Assembly: GCF_018350175.1 (NCBI RefSeq)
Contig: NC_058374.1
Span: 139,996,001 to 140,060,000, forward strand
Reading direction: 5' to 3'
DNA from: Felis catus
Lineage: Eukaryota
Length of the DNA stretch: 64,000 bases
How positions within the stretch are numbered: the first letter of the stretch is position 1; each line of letters begins with the position of its first letter. A program made the translations under genes and the position numbers. Shown here in pieces: positions 50,174 to 62,758 of the stretch. Under the pieces are notes generated by a model. That model worked only from the letters and a program-made list of their open reading frames with translations, made no database searches and had not been told where the DNA came from.

Positions 50174-51049
50174 AGGTGCAGCAGGTAGGTTCCAATGCTG
50201 GCCACCCTCAGTTCCTCCCCTGCTGACCGGCTCCTGGTCCCATCAAGAGGTACAATCTGACCTTCTTTGGCCCCGGGCTTGCCATAATGATAGCCGATGG
50301 ATCAAATGCAGAGGAAGTGACCTAGGGATCCCAAGGTTTCCATCAGAATCTCCGCCCAGCGAGCACCCGGGTCTCTGGGAGCCGCCCCCCGCCGCCCTGA
50401 CCTGGAGAAGCCCAGACACCCAGCCCCACGTGCTGTGCCCATCGGCCGCCCAAGGGGAGCTTCCAGACCGTGGTGCTGCTCCCCAGTCTGTCACCGGCCA
50501 CACCCGTGTCGGAGCCCTGTCCGGAGAGGCTGGAGGTCCTGATGGGGTGCTGTCCTCAGTCACCCGGTGCGTGGACGGGCACGGCGAGACCTGGGCCCAG
50601 TGCTATCCCCTCACCCCCCGCCCCTGGTCACTTGCACGTCCCAGACCTCAGGTTCCCCCCTCCAGGATGGAGGCGCTCAGGGCCTCAGGCTGAAGTGGCT
50701 TTGGTGAGGGTTCGGTGAGGAAAGTGTGGGTGGACATGCCCGGCAAACCCAGCTGCACGATGGTCGTCCTGAGTGGCGCTCAGTACAACGGACCGTGGGA
50801 CAGACGGATGGGGGCGGCTGGGACACGGCTATGTCCATCCTGCCTCTGCTTTCTGCGCGTCCCACACAGACATGGATTTCCCGAGCAGGGACGGACACAT
50901 AGCACACCTGATTGCAGGGAACAGGTGACATCCTGCGTGGTGCACTCAACGGCCACCAGGATGGGACTGTTGTCCTCAGTTCTGCTTCTCTCGCCAAGGC
51001 CATGACCCAAGGGCCTCATGGCCGGTGTTGACAAGCCGGAGTAACCCTC

Positions 51050-51145
51050 CCACGCCATCTGGGGCCCTCCCGTGCCGTCTGGGGCCCTTCCCCACTGTCT
51101 GGGGCCCTCCCGTGCCATCTGGAGCCCTCCTGCACCGTCTGGGGC
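51050..51145. repeat. 19-20-bp minisatellite TCTGGGGCCCTCCCGTGCC(A/G), about 5 units
   Basis: Tandem units visible directly. Confidence 0.8.
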
Positions 51146-52480
51146 AGGCCTGCTTCGGGCCAGCAGGACACCCTTGCCTTCTTGTCAGGGCAGCTCAGCC
51201 AGAGCCCGGACACGTCCCCAGGACACGCGGTGGCCTTGTGCTCTCCAGGCCCTGGGCCTGACGCTGGGGACCCGGGGCACAGCCGTGTGACTCAGGAGAA
51301 CCGCAGACCTAGACTGAGCCACAGAGATGGGAGACAAGAGGTGTGGGCCACTCGTCAGGCCCTGGCCTCTCCCCGTACCTCCACCATTTGACCTTTCGCC
51401 TTTGACCTTTCCTGCGTCTTGGCTCCTTTCTCTTTCTCGGGTTCATTCCACGTTTACTTGTCTTCGTGGGCGTGGGCTGCGCCTGCGCCTGGCTCTCGCG
51501 TCCCGGTCGGCCACCCTTTCCCAGGACAGCCTCCTGACTTCCTGCTGTCACACTGTGTCCTCGCGGGAACCAGACAGCACGTCTTGCGTGTGCTGTGTCC
51601 CCCCCCCCCCCCCCCGACCGCCGCGGGGGCCCGGACCCACTCGCCTCTGTTCACACAGAAAGCGACGGCCGGTGCTGAGCTGCACGTTCAACACGGAGAA
51701 CAAGAACGGTACCACTGCCTCTCACCCCTTGAAAAAGATCTCGGGAATGGGGCTTTTTGAGCGGCAAGGCAGTCCCATCTCCGTCAGAGGGGAGCGCTTC
51801 CGTACCGGACAGCAGGTAACGTCCCCCTCGAGCGCCTGCAGAGGCGCGAGCCTGAGGGGGCAGCGGCGGTGGGGAGAGGGGATCCTGGAGAAGGCGAGCC
51901 CTCAGGGAGGAAGGGAAGTCCCATGCTGAACCTCAGCGCGGAAGGGCTCGGGGCCCCAGCGCCAAGGTACCCTTCCCCCAAGGACGCCCCGATGTGGCCT
52001 TTCAGACGGAAACCAGGATCTGTCACGGTCTTCTCTCAAAACGGGAGCAAGACTCAAACAGAAGGGAGACTTGGGGAGCTGAGGACAAGGGGCAGCCAGG
52101 GGTTCACACACACAGCGCAGAGGGATCTCGGATCTGGGACCCACCAGGGGCGCCAGAAAGTCAGGCAGCCTGCCAACTGGCGTGCGGTGAGCGGCCCGGG
52201 TAAATGCCCTCAACAGCAACAGACCTTCAGACCTGCCGAGCGCTGAAGTATGTTTGAGTCTTGTCATAAAATGCAAGAAAGTAAAGGAACGCTTGATTCT
52301 TCATTAAATCCTAGAATGTTCTCACTCTGGGACAAGTAATTTTAGGGCAAATAAAATCAACCACCCAACCAACAAATATTTTCCATGTGGAAATGAGGAA
52401 AGTGGGCAATTGGGTGAATCTGACCCAATTAAGCAAGTCGTATCCAAAGGCATAGACGTCCAAGTTGAGCCCAAACCTAC

Positions 52481-52870
52481 CATATAAAGATCCTTAATAA
52501 TACTGTCAGAGATTTTGCTTGATGAATGTTTTCTTGCACGAGCAGAGAATTAAACGGACAGCGAGCCAACGGCTGGTGTCGAGGATGACTCGTGCAGCAC
52601 GCCAGTCCGACGTGCAGGAAGGGGAGTGAACGGGTGTCACAGGATGACCGGGTGAGGACCCCCGGCGACCTCAGCGAGCCGCAGCCGGGGGCCGGCTTGG
52701 AAAAGCCGGCGGTCAACAGGATGGACGAAAAGTCGAAGCGTGAATCTGAACACGACTAGAAGTTGCCTGAGGGGGACGGGAATCACTTCTTTCAGCGGCC
52801 CTGGTGTCAGTGGCTCAGGTCGCATCAGTGACTGTAGGTGCAAAGGAACCAGCAGTCTGGCCACGTGCAC
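52481..52870 (-). pseudogene. Putative first coding exon remnant of the DTHD1-like pseudogene
   Basis: Good donor ATG|GTAGGT at 52481/52480. Two frames give LKEVIPVPLRQLL and HQAKSLTVLLRI, which resemble my recollection of the long-isoform DTHD1 N-terminus (LKEMTKVLRQALL, QHLNKCITVLQVLL). That recollection is less certain, and the phase does not join exon 2 without a frameshift. Confidence 0.45.
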
Positions 52871-54649
52871 ACGTGTGTATTACACGCACATGCACACACA
52901 CATTTGTGCACACGTGCACGCACATGCACACATACGTACGCACACACATAGACACGCGCCCACACAACGGGCGCCTGGAGGTCAGCGTGGGGTCTGTCTG
53001 CATGGCTGCGGGTCAGAGAACACAGGGATCTCTCCTTGTTTGCAAGGACAGCCCGGCTGGAGGAAAGTCCACTCCCAGAAAGGATCTTTCTGCTGCCTTC
53101 GAGGGCAAAGTCTGCCATGCTCCTCCTCCCAAAGGAAGACCAAGTTCTCCTTCGATGCCGTGCTGCGGCCTTACATCCGTTTCCGCGTAAAGTGACCAGA
53201 GAGAAAGCAAGCAGCCTGCTGGCATCTCGCGGGGGAGCCACACTCAGCGCCTTTTTGCTTCCGCTTCCAGCCAGAGGGATAATGCAGGATGATGCAGTCA
53301 CTCCTGCACATGGTGCAAAACCCCTTTCACCGCGGCCGGACCCACGCACGGCCACGTGGTACCGCGAGGTTCAGATTCAACAGGAATGCACCTGTCGTAA
53401 GTCGGTTGGGGAGCCGGCTCCACAGGCGCCCGGGAGCCCACGCGGATATCTCCTGAGCGGCCCAAAGCCCTCGGCCCCAGGGAAGGTAGGAGGTTTAGCA
53501 AACGCCACACGCTGGTGCACCGAACCATGGGAATTTGCCAATCCTTGGCTGCTCTGGGACGTGCACAAACACCTCGTAGCCTCAGGCCGACGAGAAAGTT
53601 GTGGAGCCCAAGATTCAGGCTTCGGTCTTCTGAATACGAAGTCATTCCCGATGAGTAAATCATTCATCTTTTTGGGAGGGATGGGGATTTTTTTTTTCCT
53701 CCTTCCATTAGCCCTTAGAGTCGTTTGGACACATCACGTTGCTGGGACCCCGATGACCCCTCCAGGGCGGCGGGCCTGGGATTCACGGGGCCTGTTCCAG
53801 ATGAGGACACAGGTGCCGAGGTGGCCCAGCTGCTGGCGGGGTCTGCGGCTCAGCCGGACAAGGGCATCCCCATCTTAACAGCTGGGACGTCTCGTATTCC
53901 GTGTCTGCTGTGTCGGCAAACGTTTGCAGTAACCCCAGGGTCACGTTTCAGCCCCCTATTCCAAGAAACTGAGGCACAAGCTCACACATTCAGCAAGTAG
54001 AGGAGGTGGGATTTCTGTAAGCGTGCACACTCCTCAGCCCCCCGACTCCCAGGCCGGGCTCCCTGGGAAACAGAGACGTTCCGCCAGGAGGGGGTGAACG
54101 TTCCCCCGGGGTGAGGAGGGGAAGCTCCCGGTGCCCTGGGTCTGGCGGGTTCCGCCACACAGCCCCCAGTCCTCGGCCGACGCCAAGCGCAAACCTGTGA
54201 CGTGCCTCTCATCCCGTTTCCGTCCCCCAAAGGCAGTCCTTCTTTCCAAAGACTCAACGGCACGTGTTTCCCGCAATCGTCGCTAAGCTCGTCACATCTC
54301 CGCGATGCCACAAAACCAGAGCAGAATCCGACTGCCGCGCAAACTGTAACCACCTCTTCACGCGCGCGAGAGGTGATATTCCCAGGTCTGACAAGCAGTT
54401 CCGCGCGCAGTATCCGTAAAGACCGCGATAATTGTTTGTTTGAGGCACCTCGGGAGGGGGCATCTGCAGCCCTGGGCAGAGCCAAACGCGGCGGGTGTGT
54501 TTGTGACCAGGCCCCCCACTGCTCAGTTATAAATGATTCAGAGACAGGCAAACGGGCAAGTGCTGGATGGGACTCCGGGAGGAACCCCGACCGCCTTCCG
54601 GGTCTCAGGGATCCCAGCTGGGGGATCCCGTCTGTGAGGACGGCGTGGA

Positions 54650-54914
54650 GGGGCCCCAGGGCGGCTCAGTCGGGAGAGCGTGCGACTTCGGCTCAGGTCA
54701 TGATCTCATGGTCTGTGAGTTCCAGCCCTGCATCGGGCTCTGTGCTGACCGCTTGGGTTAGTGGGTTTGAGCCCCGCGTCGGGCTCTGTGCTGACCGCTC
54801 GGAGCCTGGAGCCCGCTTGGGATTCTGCGTCTCCCTCTCTCTCTGCCCCTCCCCCACTCATGCTCTGTCTCTCATTGTCTCAGATATAAATAAACATTAA
54901 AATAAAAATAAATA
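54650..54914 (+). mobile_element. SINEC_Fc with internal duplication (left monomer of a tandem pair)
   Basis: Head GGGGCCCCAGGGCGGCTCAG; the segment ..TCGGGCTCTGTGCTGACCGCT.. occurs twice. Confidence 0.92.
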
Positions 54915-55110
54915 GGGGTGCCTGGGTGGCTCAGTCGGTTGAGCGTCTGACTTCGGCTCAGGTCATGATCTCGTGGTTGGTGAGTTCGAGCCCCGTGTCG
55001 GGCTCTGTGCTGACCGCTCGGAGCCTGGAGCCTGCTTCGGATTCTGCGTCTCCCCCTCTCTCTGCCCCTCCTCCACTGACGCTCTGTCTCTCTCTCACAG
55101 ATAAACGAAA
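54915..55110 (+). mobile_element. SINEC_Fc (right monomer of a tandem pair)
   Basis: GGGGTGCCTGGGTGGCTCAG head immediately after the left A-tail. Confidence 0.95.
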
Positions 55111-57349
55111 GGACAGCACGGAGCCGTGTCCCAAGGCCGCCCTGCGCGGCCGGGCCAGGCAGCGTCCCCTGGTGCTCCTGCACGTGTGGTGGCCTGGTCT
55201 TCCGGGCAAAGGGGTTGAAGGAGCCTCATGCCCAGAGTGTGACACAGTCACCGTTGTCAGCGTCCTGGCGGCCCTGTTACTCTCAGTTAAGTTTTGCTCC
55301 GAGAGCGGGTGGCCGGCCCGTCGCTGTGTCAGGCCCAGCCGGGACTTTCTGCTGAAAACGCTCTGACGTCAGCACATCAGGGGCGCCTCTCAGAACACGC
55401 ACTGGTGTTTTTCCCGCACACTTGCTGCAGGGGAGTAGAGTCCACACAGAGCCCCTGCAGACACCCGGGGGCCGCCGGCCCGCCTGCCCCGCCTCACAGA
55501 GCCCCTGCACACAGCCGCTGATGCTCCAGAGCCCCTCAACCCCGGGCCCGCCCCACTGACCGCACCAAGCACCTCTGTCCTTTCCCATCCTTCGGGGAGA
55601 GCAGGCTCTGGTGGGAGGGGCTGGGAGAAAGGGGAGGGCGAGGGGAGAGAGAAAGAGAAAGGGCCCGAGGCAGCCGTTGACCTCGTCCCCTTCCTAGACT
55701 CCAGGGGTCTTGGGGTAGAAGGAGCTTCTCAGGGCTTCAGGAACAGTCAAGAGGGCGGGTTCGGGGCAGGGGGGGCCACGTCCATGTTGTGCGGACCCTT
55801 GTTTCCACGAGGAAGCCTGCCTCTCGGTCCTCCCCCAGGGATGGCGGGTGGGGGAGTCTGCACGCAGCATCCGCGGCCCCCGTGGGGCTGTGCCCTCCAA
55901 GGGGTGAGGCCACGACCTGTGCTGTGCGGGGCGAGCCCTCCATGCCGTCCAGAGTCTGCGGCGGGCAGGGGTTTCTCCGTCTTTCCAGGCGAGCGCTCTG
56001 CCCCCCATGGCAGGGCTCTCCCCACACCGGGGAGGGGGGGGCTCTGCAAAGCTTCCCTCAGCGATTCCACGTTGGTTTCAAATTCAACGAGAGAAAGTGG
56101 TGCGGCCAGGTTATCAACCCCCAAAGTCCAGCACGCTTGTGCATTTCCGGGGAAAACTCGGTCAGGACTTGTGACAAACAGGCTGGCATTTAGAAACCAA
56201 AGTCACAAGGGGCTGCACGACCCGTGGCGTCGCCAGGGTGCAGGGAAGGCACGTGGCGCTGGCTGGGGTCTGCGTGGGACGCCGGCTCTCCAGGCCCCAG
56301 CTCTGCTCGTCACCCACACCGTGTCCGCGGCCACACTCCGGGAGCTCAGTGTCAGAGGTCGGAGGAGCAGGCGAGCCTGTCGCGCTGCGGTTCTGGCAAA
56401 GACTCACCCCAGACGGCCCCGTCTGCACCCTCAGTGTGGACCGGCACGCGGCGGCCGTGGACCTGCGTTAGGAGAACAGCCCTAGACCTTGAAGGCCAGC
56501 AGGGAGGAACATAGCTCGGCTGCCCCAACCCCACCCGGGGAGGATCTGCACTTGTGATCCCACGGGAAAATTCCAGGAACCAACACCCACTCAACTCCTC
56601 TTAAAGCTGGAGCGGGAAAGGGACCGTACTCTCGTCACAGGTAGGACTGAAATACTCTTCCTCTGTTGCAATAAATGGAGAAAGAGGGCAGAACCGTAAT
56701 GAGAACGGCACCCGGGAGATAGATGGTCCCCAAGCAGGGGCACAGGAGAGCCACCTTCAGACGTCGGGACAATCGAGACGATGGCGTGAGGGTCCCCGAC
56801 GGTGGAAGGGGCTTGTGGTGACAGCTGTTCTCTGCACCTGCTCGACCCACGTGCACGGCGGGGGGGGGGGGGGTGGGAGGGGGCGGGCGGGGACTCATCA
56901 GGATGCTCAGGCACAGGGGGCAGGGGGACGGAGAGTGGGGAGGAGCCCATCAGAGGGGAGGTCTGCCATCCACCACCAGCTCCAGGTCGGGCGGGGTGAC
57001 TGTGGGTCTGAATTGGGGTCTGAACCTCTGCTGTCCGGGCCCTGCAGCCCAGCGAGTGGGGGACAAGCAGGCTTGATTTGCAGGCTGGGCAGGACAGAGA
57101 AACAGCAGCTGTAGGTTGTATTTCTGCGGGCGACCGAGAACGGGTCATGTTGCAGATTTTTACCCAAATGCATTCTCCCCCCCACCCCCAGACAAAGTGA
57201 CAACCGTGATGTCACAGCCACCTTCCTACAGGAAGATTTATTCTAGCGGCTCAGACTGCACACCTGGACCCACCGAAGTGTACCTGCCAAGGCTGAAAGG
57301 ACACGTTTCTCTCCCCCGTGTCCCCAGCTAAGCATCTGCTCTCACGAAC

Positions 57350-57660
57350 GGTGACCCACCACACGGCCCTCAAGTATTGAGTTCCAGGGCTCTCGATGTG
57401 CTTGGAAAAGCCGCCACAGAGGCTGGTGACCCTCATGGCGCTCCCTGAATTCTGTGGGGCGAGGTGGGGGGGGGCACCGCTCACCTAAAAACTTCTCCCT
57501 GTATGTGTCTTCGTGCCCAAATTTCCACTTTTTATGAGGATCCCAGTGGTAGGGGATGTGGGCCCTCCCAGTGACCTCCTCTTAATGAATCTCATTTCCA
57601 GATAAGGTCAGGTTAAAGATAAGAACTCAACATGAACCTGGGGGGACACGGAGGACCCAT
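57350..57660 (-). mobile_element. MLT1 LTR fragment
   Basis: CCCAAATTTCCACTTTTTATGAGGATCCCAGT...GTGACCTCCTCTTAA...TTTCCAGATAAGGTCA. Confidence 0.7.
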
Positions 57661-60539
57661 GACAAGGACCGGCCCAGAATGAAGGGGGACCCTCAGTTTT
57701 GAGAGAGACGTCTCTGATAAGGAACTGAGACACCCAAGCCAGGAGGCTGCACAGAGGCCCCGCTGGACGGGGGACACGCCTGGAACCGTCACCCCCACTC
57801 ACGGCAAACCTGCCTGTCTGCTCGTGAGACGTGACTGTGCAGGCCCGGCCGTCCCCAGCCTCCAATTAACGCCGACCCGGCGCGGCCGTCTCGCCAGCCT
57901 GAGCCTCGCGGCCCTGCCCGCCGCACCTGCAGACGGGGCCCAGGGCCTGGAACCCGGCCAGGCAGGCCCCCCGGCTCCTCCTGCTCTGGTCTCGGCACGC
58001 CCCGGACGGCCTCTGCTGGGCCGCGCTAACCCCAGCCCCCCGAAGGCTGCTCCCAGGTTTTTAATTGAATGTTTTCAAATTTTGTACTCGAGCCCGGAGG
58101 CACTGTGCTCTCAGAGGGCGTGATTTTACAAATTGGAGAAAAAGTAAAATAAAATAAAATAAAATAAAGGAAAGGTCTTTCTGTTCTCTCCCTCCCCCAC
58201 CCCCACGCTAGGGGAAGGCAAGCGTAAGGAGGCCGTGTTGGGGAAGCCTGTGGACTCGCTGTAAAAGCCCATAGCCCTGTGGTTCCCTCACAGCCCCTCG
58301 AGGGGCTCACCTTTAGCACACACGACAAGAGACTCCCGCACTCCGCCCGCCCTCTGACAATTGTCCGCTCAGGTCCGTCTGGCACCCACTTCCCGGCCCC
58401 TGGGGCCCGATGACCGGCCTGCCGAGATCTCTGGGGACTTCCCTCTCGGGTCGCAAAGCTGTGAAATGAGACCTCACACCTGCTCGCTGCCTCAGTCTCC
58501 AGCCCGGAGAAGGCCCGCCTCCCAGGGAGCAGGGGTGGGGAGGGAGGGCGGCAGAGGGAAGGGAGAGTTGTGAGGCTGTGCGTCCACTTGTCTGTCTGTA
58601 GGGCGCCTGTTGTTTTCTCTGCCCCTGAAGGAACCCTGACACCTAGAGGCGCCGGAACTATAAGGGACCACGTGTGGGGACAGAGGGGCCTTAGCGGGCC
58701 ACCCACCAAATGCACTGGCGGGGAGTCCCCTGCGGGCGGCACCTTCCCGACCGTCTCTGGAGGCCGAAGCGTCTGCAGGGCGGGCCTGTGACCAGGTGTG
58801 GGATCTGAGCACAGCCGAGGCCCTGAGCCTGGCCGCGGAGGCCCGGGGAGGAGTCTGATTCTGCTGGGACGTCCCTGCAGCTGGAGGGGAGGAGTCTGAT
58901 TCTGCGTCACACCCTCTCTCTGCGTCTCTGAGATTCCATATGAACGCATGGCCCTGGAAGAGCCCCAAGGCCTCTACTGAATTTAACATTTCTACACAGA
59001 AATAGGACTGTGTCACTTCCTGTTTAGAAACTTAAAGTGATTTGCCATCACCCACAAAACCTCGGTTTTCAGTACTCTGCCTGCCTCTCACATCTCCTCT
59101 CTCTTACTCACCCCTGTAGACACACCTGCCCTCCAGCCACCCTGCAGCACCTGTGGAACCCCGAACTCCCTATCCCGCTTGGGCCGGAGCCTCTAAAGAT
59201 GTTACAGCCTCCACCTGATGAACTCCTATTCATCCCTCAAAACCCAGTTGACACGGCCTCGTTGCAGAGGTGTCCTTTTTCCTCTCGGCAGAGCTTATGA
59301 GTCTTACCTTCCTGTTCTCACATCCCCCATTATATGCCGAGCACGGCGGACGCCCTCCCTCCCGACCACTCGCTCCTCCACCATCAGGACGATGTCTGGT
59401 TGTGGTCAGGTTCCCGGGGTGCCAAGCCCAGTGCCTTCCCCACGGCAGGGGCCCAGGTGCTCTTGTGAAAGAACGTGACGTGAACACCTCTGCAGAGAAT
59501 ACACTCCAAGCCAAGGAGGCACGCACGACCGCTCACCACCTGTTCAATGAAGGGGCCTGCTTGGCGCACGACCTCGCAAAGCATGGCGGGGAAGAGTCTG
59601 GGCTCAGAGGCACTGAGTGCAGAGACCGATTAGTGAGGCCCGCCACGGACAGAGGACGGAGGAACAGACGGAGCGACAAGGCTCCAACCTGATGGAGCTC
59701 GCCCCAGAGTCCCTCCGGGGCGGTGGAACAAGGAAGGAAGGGACATTTGGGGGCCCCCCAGATCCCCAAGCCAACGACCTCATTACCCCTCGGGACCTCT
59801 GTCCGGGAGGAATCAGCCCCGTGTGCCTGAGGCCGCGTGTCAGCGTGGCTCTCCTCCCGGCGCCCCAGAGCGCCGGCCGTCCGCCTTGCTCGCTGAGACG
59901 GCTGGTGCGTAGCCTTTTCCGAGACGGGTCGGAGGCTTGTGCCTTCCGGCAGAGTGAAGGACAAACCCGGGTCTTGCTTTCCTGCGTCTCGGTGGTTCCC
60001 TGTTTACGCCGTAACCGCGGGCGGGCGTGCATCTGGCAGTGCCCCTCTTGTGCTCCACGCCAGCCGGGGCGGTCGTGCCGCGCGGGCATTCTACCGGGAC
60101 GTGTGTGTGGGCCGCAAAAACGAGGCCCTCACGGACTCGGACGACGTGGACCGGATCCCGAGGGAAGGGGGTGACCCTCGGCCTCATTGTCCCCCTCTGA
60201 CGAGCAGGAGACGCCGTGAGCCGGGCAGCGGAATCAGAACCCGGGCAGGAAATGAGCTGGTCCCGCCTGCCACGGGCTGATGACAGAGAGCCTCTCCCAG
60301 TCTCTGGGAAGTCCCCCATCGGGCGGCCTTGAGCCCCAGTCTGTCACAGCGCGAGGCAAGAACAAACACGAACAGAAGTGACAGCGCGGGGGACGGGCGG
60401 TGCCGGGGGGTCCATCCCAGCGGCAACCCCGGGCTGCAGCTCTGGGGTCGGGGTCCTCGTCCACAGTGTGTGTGGGAAGCCGTGGACACGATGCCAGATT
60501 TCGCGGATCTCCAGCTGCAGAGGACAGAGCGAGGGGCCC

Positions 60540-61040
60540 GTGAGAACCCAAGCGCTCCTCCCTAGGCCCATGAACTCCCGTGATCCTCGTTACGGTGATA
60601 ACCAAACAGGAACACGCACGTGCGTGTTCTTGGCGCCCTCTTCTCAACATCCACGAGGTGGACACCACCGAGAAGGCCATCAGATGACGAATGGGAAAGC
60701 AGCCCGTGTGTTCCTCGGGCGCCGAACGCCACAGCACCCACACGGGCTGCCACGGGCTTAACCTTGAAAACGTGGCGCTCGGCGAAAGGACCAGTCACCA
60801 AAGACCACATATCAAAAGATTCCACGGACGCGCGGTGTTCACGGTGGGCAAACCCACGGACACAGAAAGTGGGCTCATGTCCGCCAGAGGCTGGAGGAGC
60901 AGAGAATGATTGCTGACACGTTCGTACGGGTGTCCATCTGGGGTGATGAAGTGTGGAAGCAGACAATGGTGACAGCTGTGTCACACTGCGAATGTCTTTC
61001 GTGTCACTGCTTGTACGTGTCCAGTGGTGTGTGTTTTAGC
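60540..61040 (+). mobile_element. L1M 3' remnant (GC-shifted)
   Basis: AACCTTGAAAACGTGGCGCTCGGCGAAAGGACCAGTCACCAAAGACCACATAT; GTGTCCATCTGGGGTGATGAA. Confidence 0.7.
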
Positions 61041-61044
61041 ACAA

Positions 61045-61595
61045 CGAAAACGGTAACTCTGCCTCCGTGTCCATGGGTGGATGGATGGATAAAGAGGTGG
61101 TGTGTATATACAGTGGGATGTTGGTCAGCGTGAAACAGAACAAGATCTTACCATATACAACACGGATGGACCTTGAGGGCATCGTGCTACGTGAAGTAAG
61201 TCACACAGGGAAGGACGACCCTGTATGACCCCAGCTCGCACACACAGAGCAGACTGGCATTACCGGAGCTGGGACGGGGGTGGGTAAAATGCGTGAGGGG
61301 TTGCCAAGGGACCAACTTCCAGCTATAAAATAACGAACTCACAGAGACGTGATGTGCAGCAAGGGGACGATCATTAACAACACTGGGTTGCGTACTTGAA
61401 AGCTGCTAAGAGGACAGATCTTAAGAGTTCTCAGCACGTGATAAAACTTGGAAGTACGTGTGGTCACAGGTGTTCGTCACATTTATTGTGGTGCTCACTT
61501 CGTGGTGTGTGCAAATATGGAATCATCACATCGTGCACCTGAAACTAATATAACGTTCAACGTGAATTGCACCTCGATAAAAATAAATAATAAGA
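61045..61595 (+). mobile_element. L1MA9-like 3' end
   Basis: GGATGGACCTTGAGGGCATCGTGCTACGTGAAGTAAGTC, AACTTCCAGCTATAAAATAA, CACCTGAAACTAATATAA, then an A-rich tail. Confidence 0.8.
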
Positions 61596-62347
61596 ATGAT
61601 AACTAATAAACATATGGCATTTTTGAGTTTATACACACCAGGTGCCGAGCAAAATGATCTCATGTTTTCTCTTACTTTTTATGTCCCCTGCTGAGATCCT
61701 GTTTCATAAGGAAAGACACGAGGAGGTGAGGCTGTCGCTGGTGGAACACGGACCCCAGATTCTAGCCTAGTTCTGCGCAAGCCCAGGTCCACAGTGCTAC
61801 TCACTCAGTGATGTCTTTCATTCCTGACAATGGAAGGGCTTCGCGGTGAACTAATTTGGAGAACCTTTCATTACACAGGTTAACCTGGTGGACAGAGCAT
61901 TTTAGAGCCTTAGAAACGGGACTGAGCATTTTGAATCTCCAAGGGAGAAGGACCTAAGGCACTGTTTTCCCAAACGCATTCATAAAAGTAATGTTTTTCG
62001 GGCCACCTGTTACCACGTGATAGGAACTTGGCAAACACTGGGCTCAGTTACCTCTTTTGCTCAACTGCACTGTGGTAGGAGAGGACAGACTTCCAGTCCA
62101 AGGTGACAACCAGTAGAAAGGAGCAGGCATTCAACCAGGAGGTGGATGTGGAGAAGATGGAGACAAAGCACACCCAGGGAGCCACTTCAAGTTATTCAAG
62201 GTCAAAAAGCTGGGGAGATAATGCAGTAAAGGAGGCAGATCTTAGCAGGTAAATTCCATAATTGGATGGCACCTTGGAGATTGTGTAGTCCAACCATATC
62301 CATCCACTCATCCATCCACCCACCTCCCACTCGTTCATCCATCCATC

Positions 62348-62758
62348 NNNNNNNNNNNNNNNNNNNNNNNNNNNNNNNNNNNNNNNNNNNNNNNNNNNNN
62401 NNNNNNNNNNNNNNNNNNNNNNNNNNNNNNNNNNNNNNNNNNNNNNNNNNNNNNNNNNNNNNNNNNNNNNNNNNNNNNNNNNNNNNNNNNNNNNNNNNNN
62501 NNNNNNNNNNNNNNNNNNNNNNNNNNNNNNNNNNNNNNNNNNNNNNNNNNNNNNNNNNNNNNNNNNNNNNNNNNNNNNNNNNNNNNNNNNNNNNNNNNNN
62601 NNNNNNNNNNNNNNNNNNNNNNNNNNNNNNNNNNNNNNNNNNNNNNNNNNNNNNNNNNNNNNNNNNNNNNNNNNNNNNNNNNNNNNNNNNNNNNNNNNNN
62701 NNNNNNNNNNNNNNNNNNNNNNNNNNNNNNNNNNNNNNNNNNNNNNNNNNNNNNNNNN
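62348..62758. other. Assembly gap (411 N) inside a (CATC)n repeat
   Basis: Run of N flanked by CATCCATC-type repeats on both sides. Confidence 0.98.

Noticed and set aside
50176-50184. 9-nt micro-exon-like cag|GTGCAGCAG|gtaggt
   Set aside because: The acceptor strength comes from the adjacent low-complexity CT tract, with no other support.
49053-50693. Long Pro/Leu/Ser-rich ORFs (546, 373 and 359 aa) and their antisense Gly/Arg/Glu ORFs
   Set aside because: They arise from the polypyrimidine tract, which lacks stop codons in all frames.
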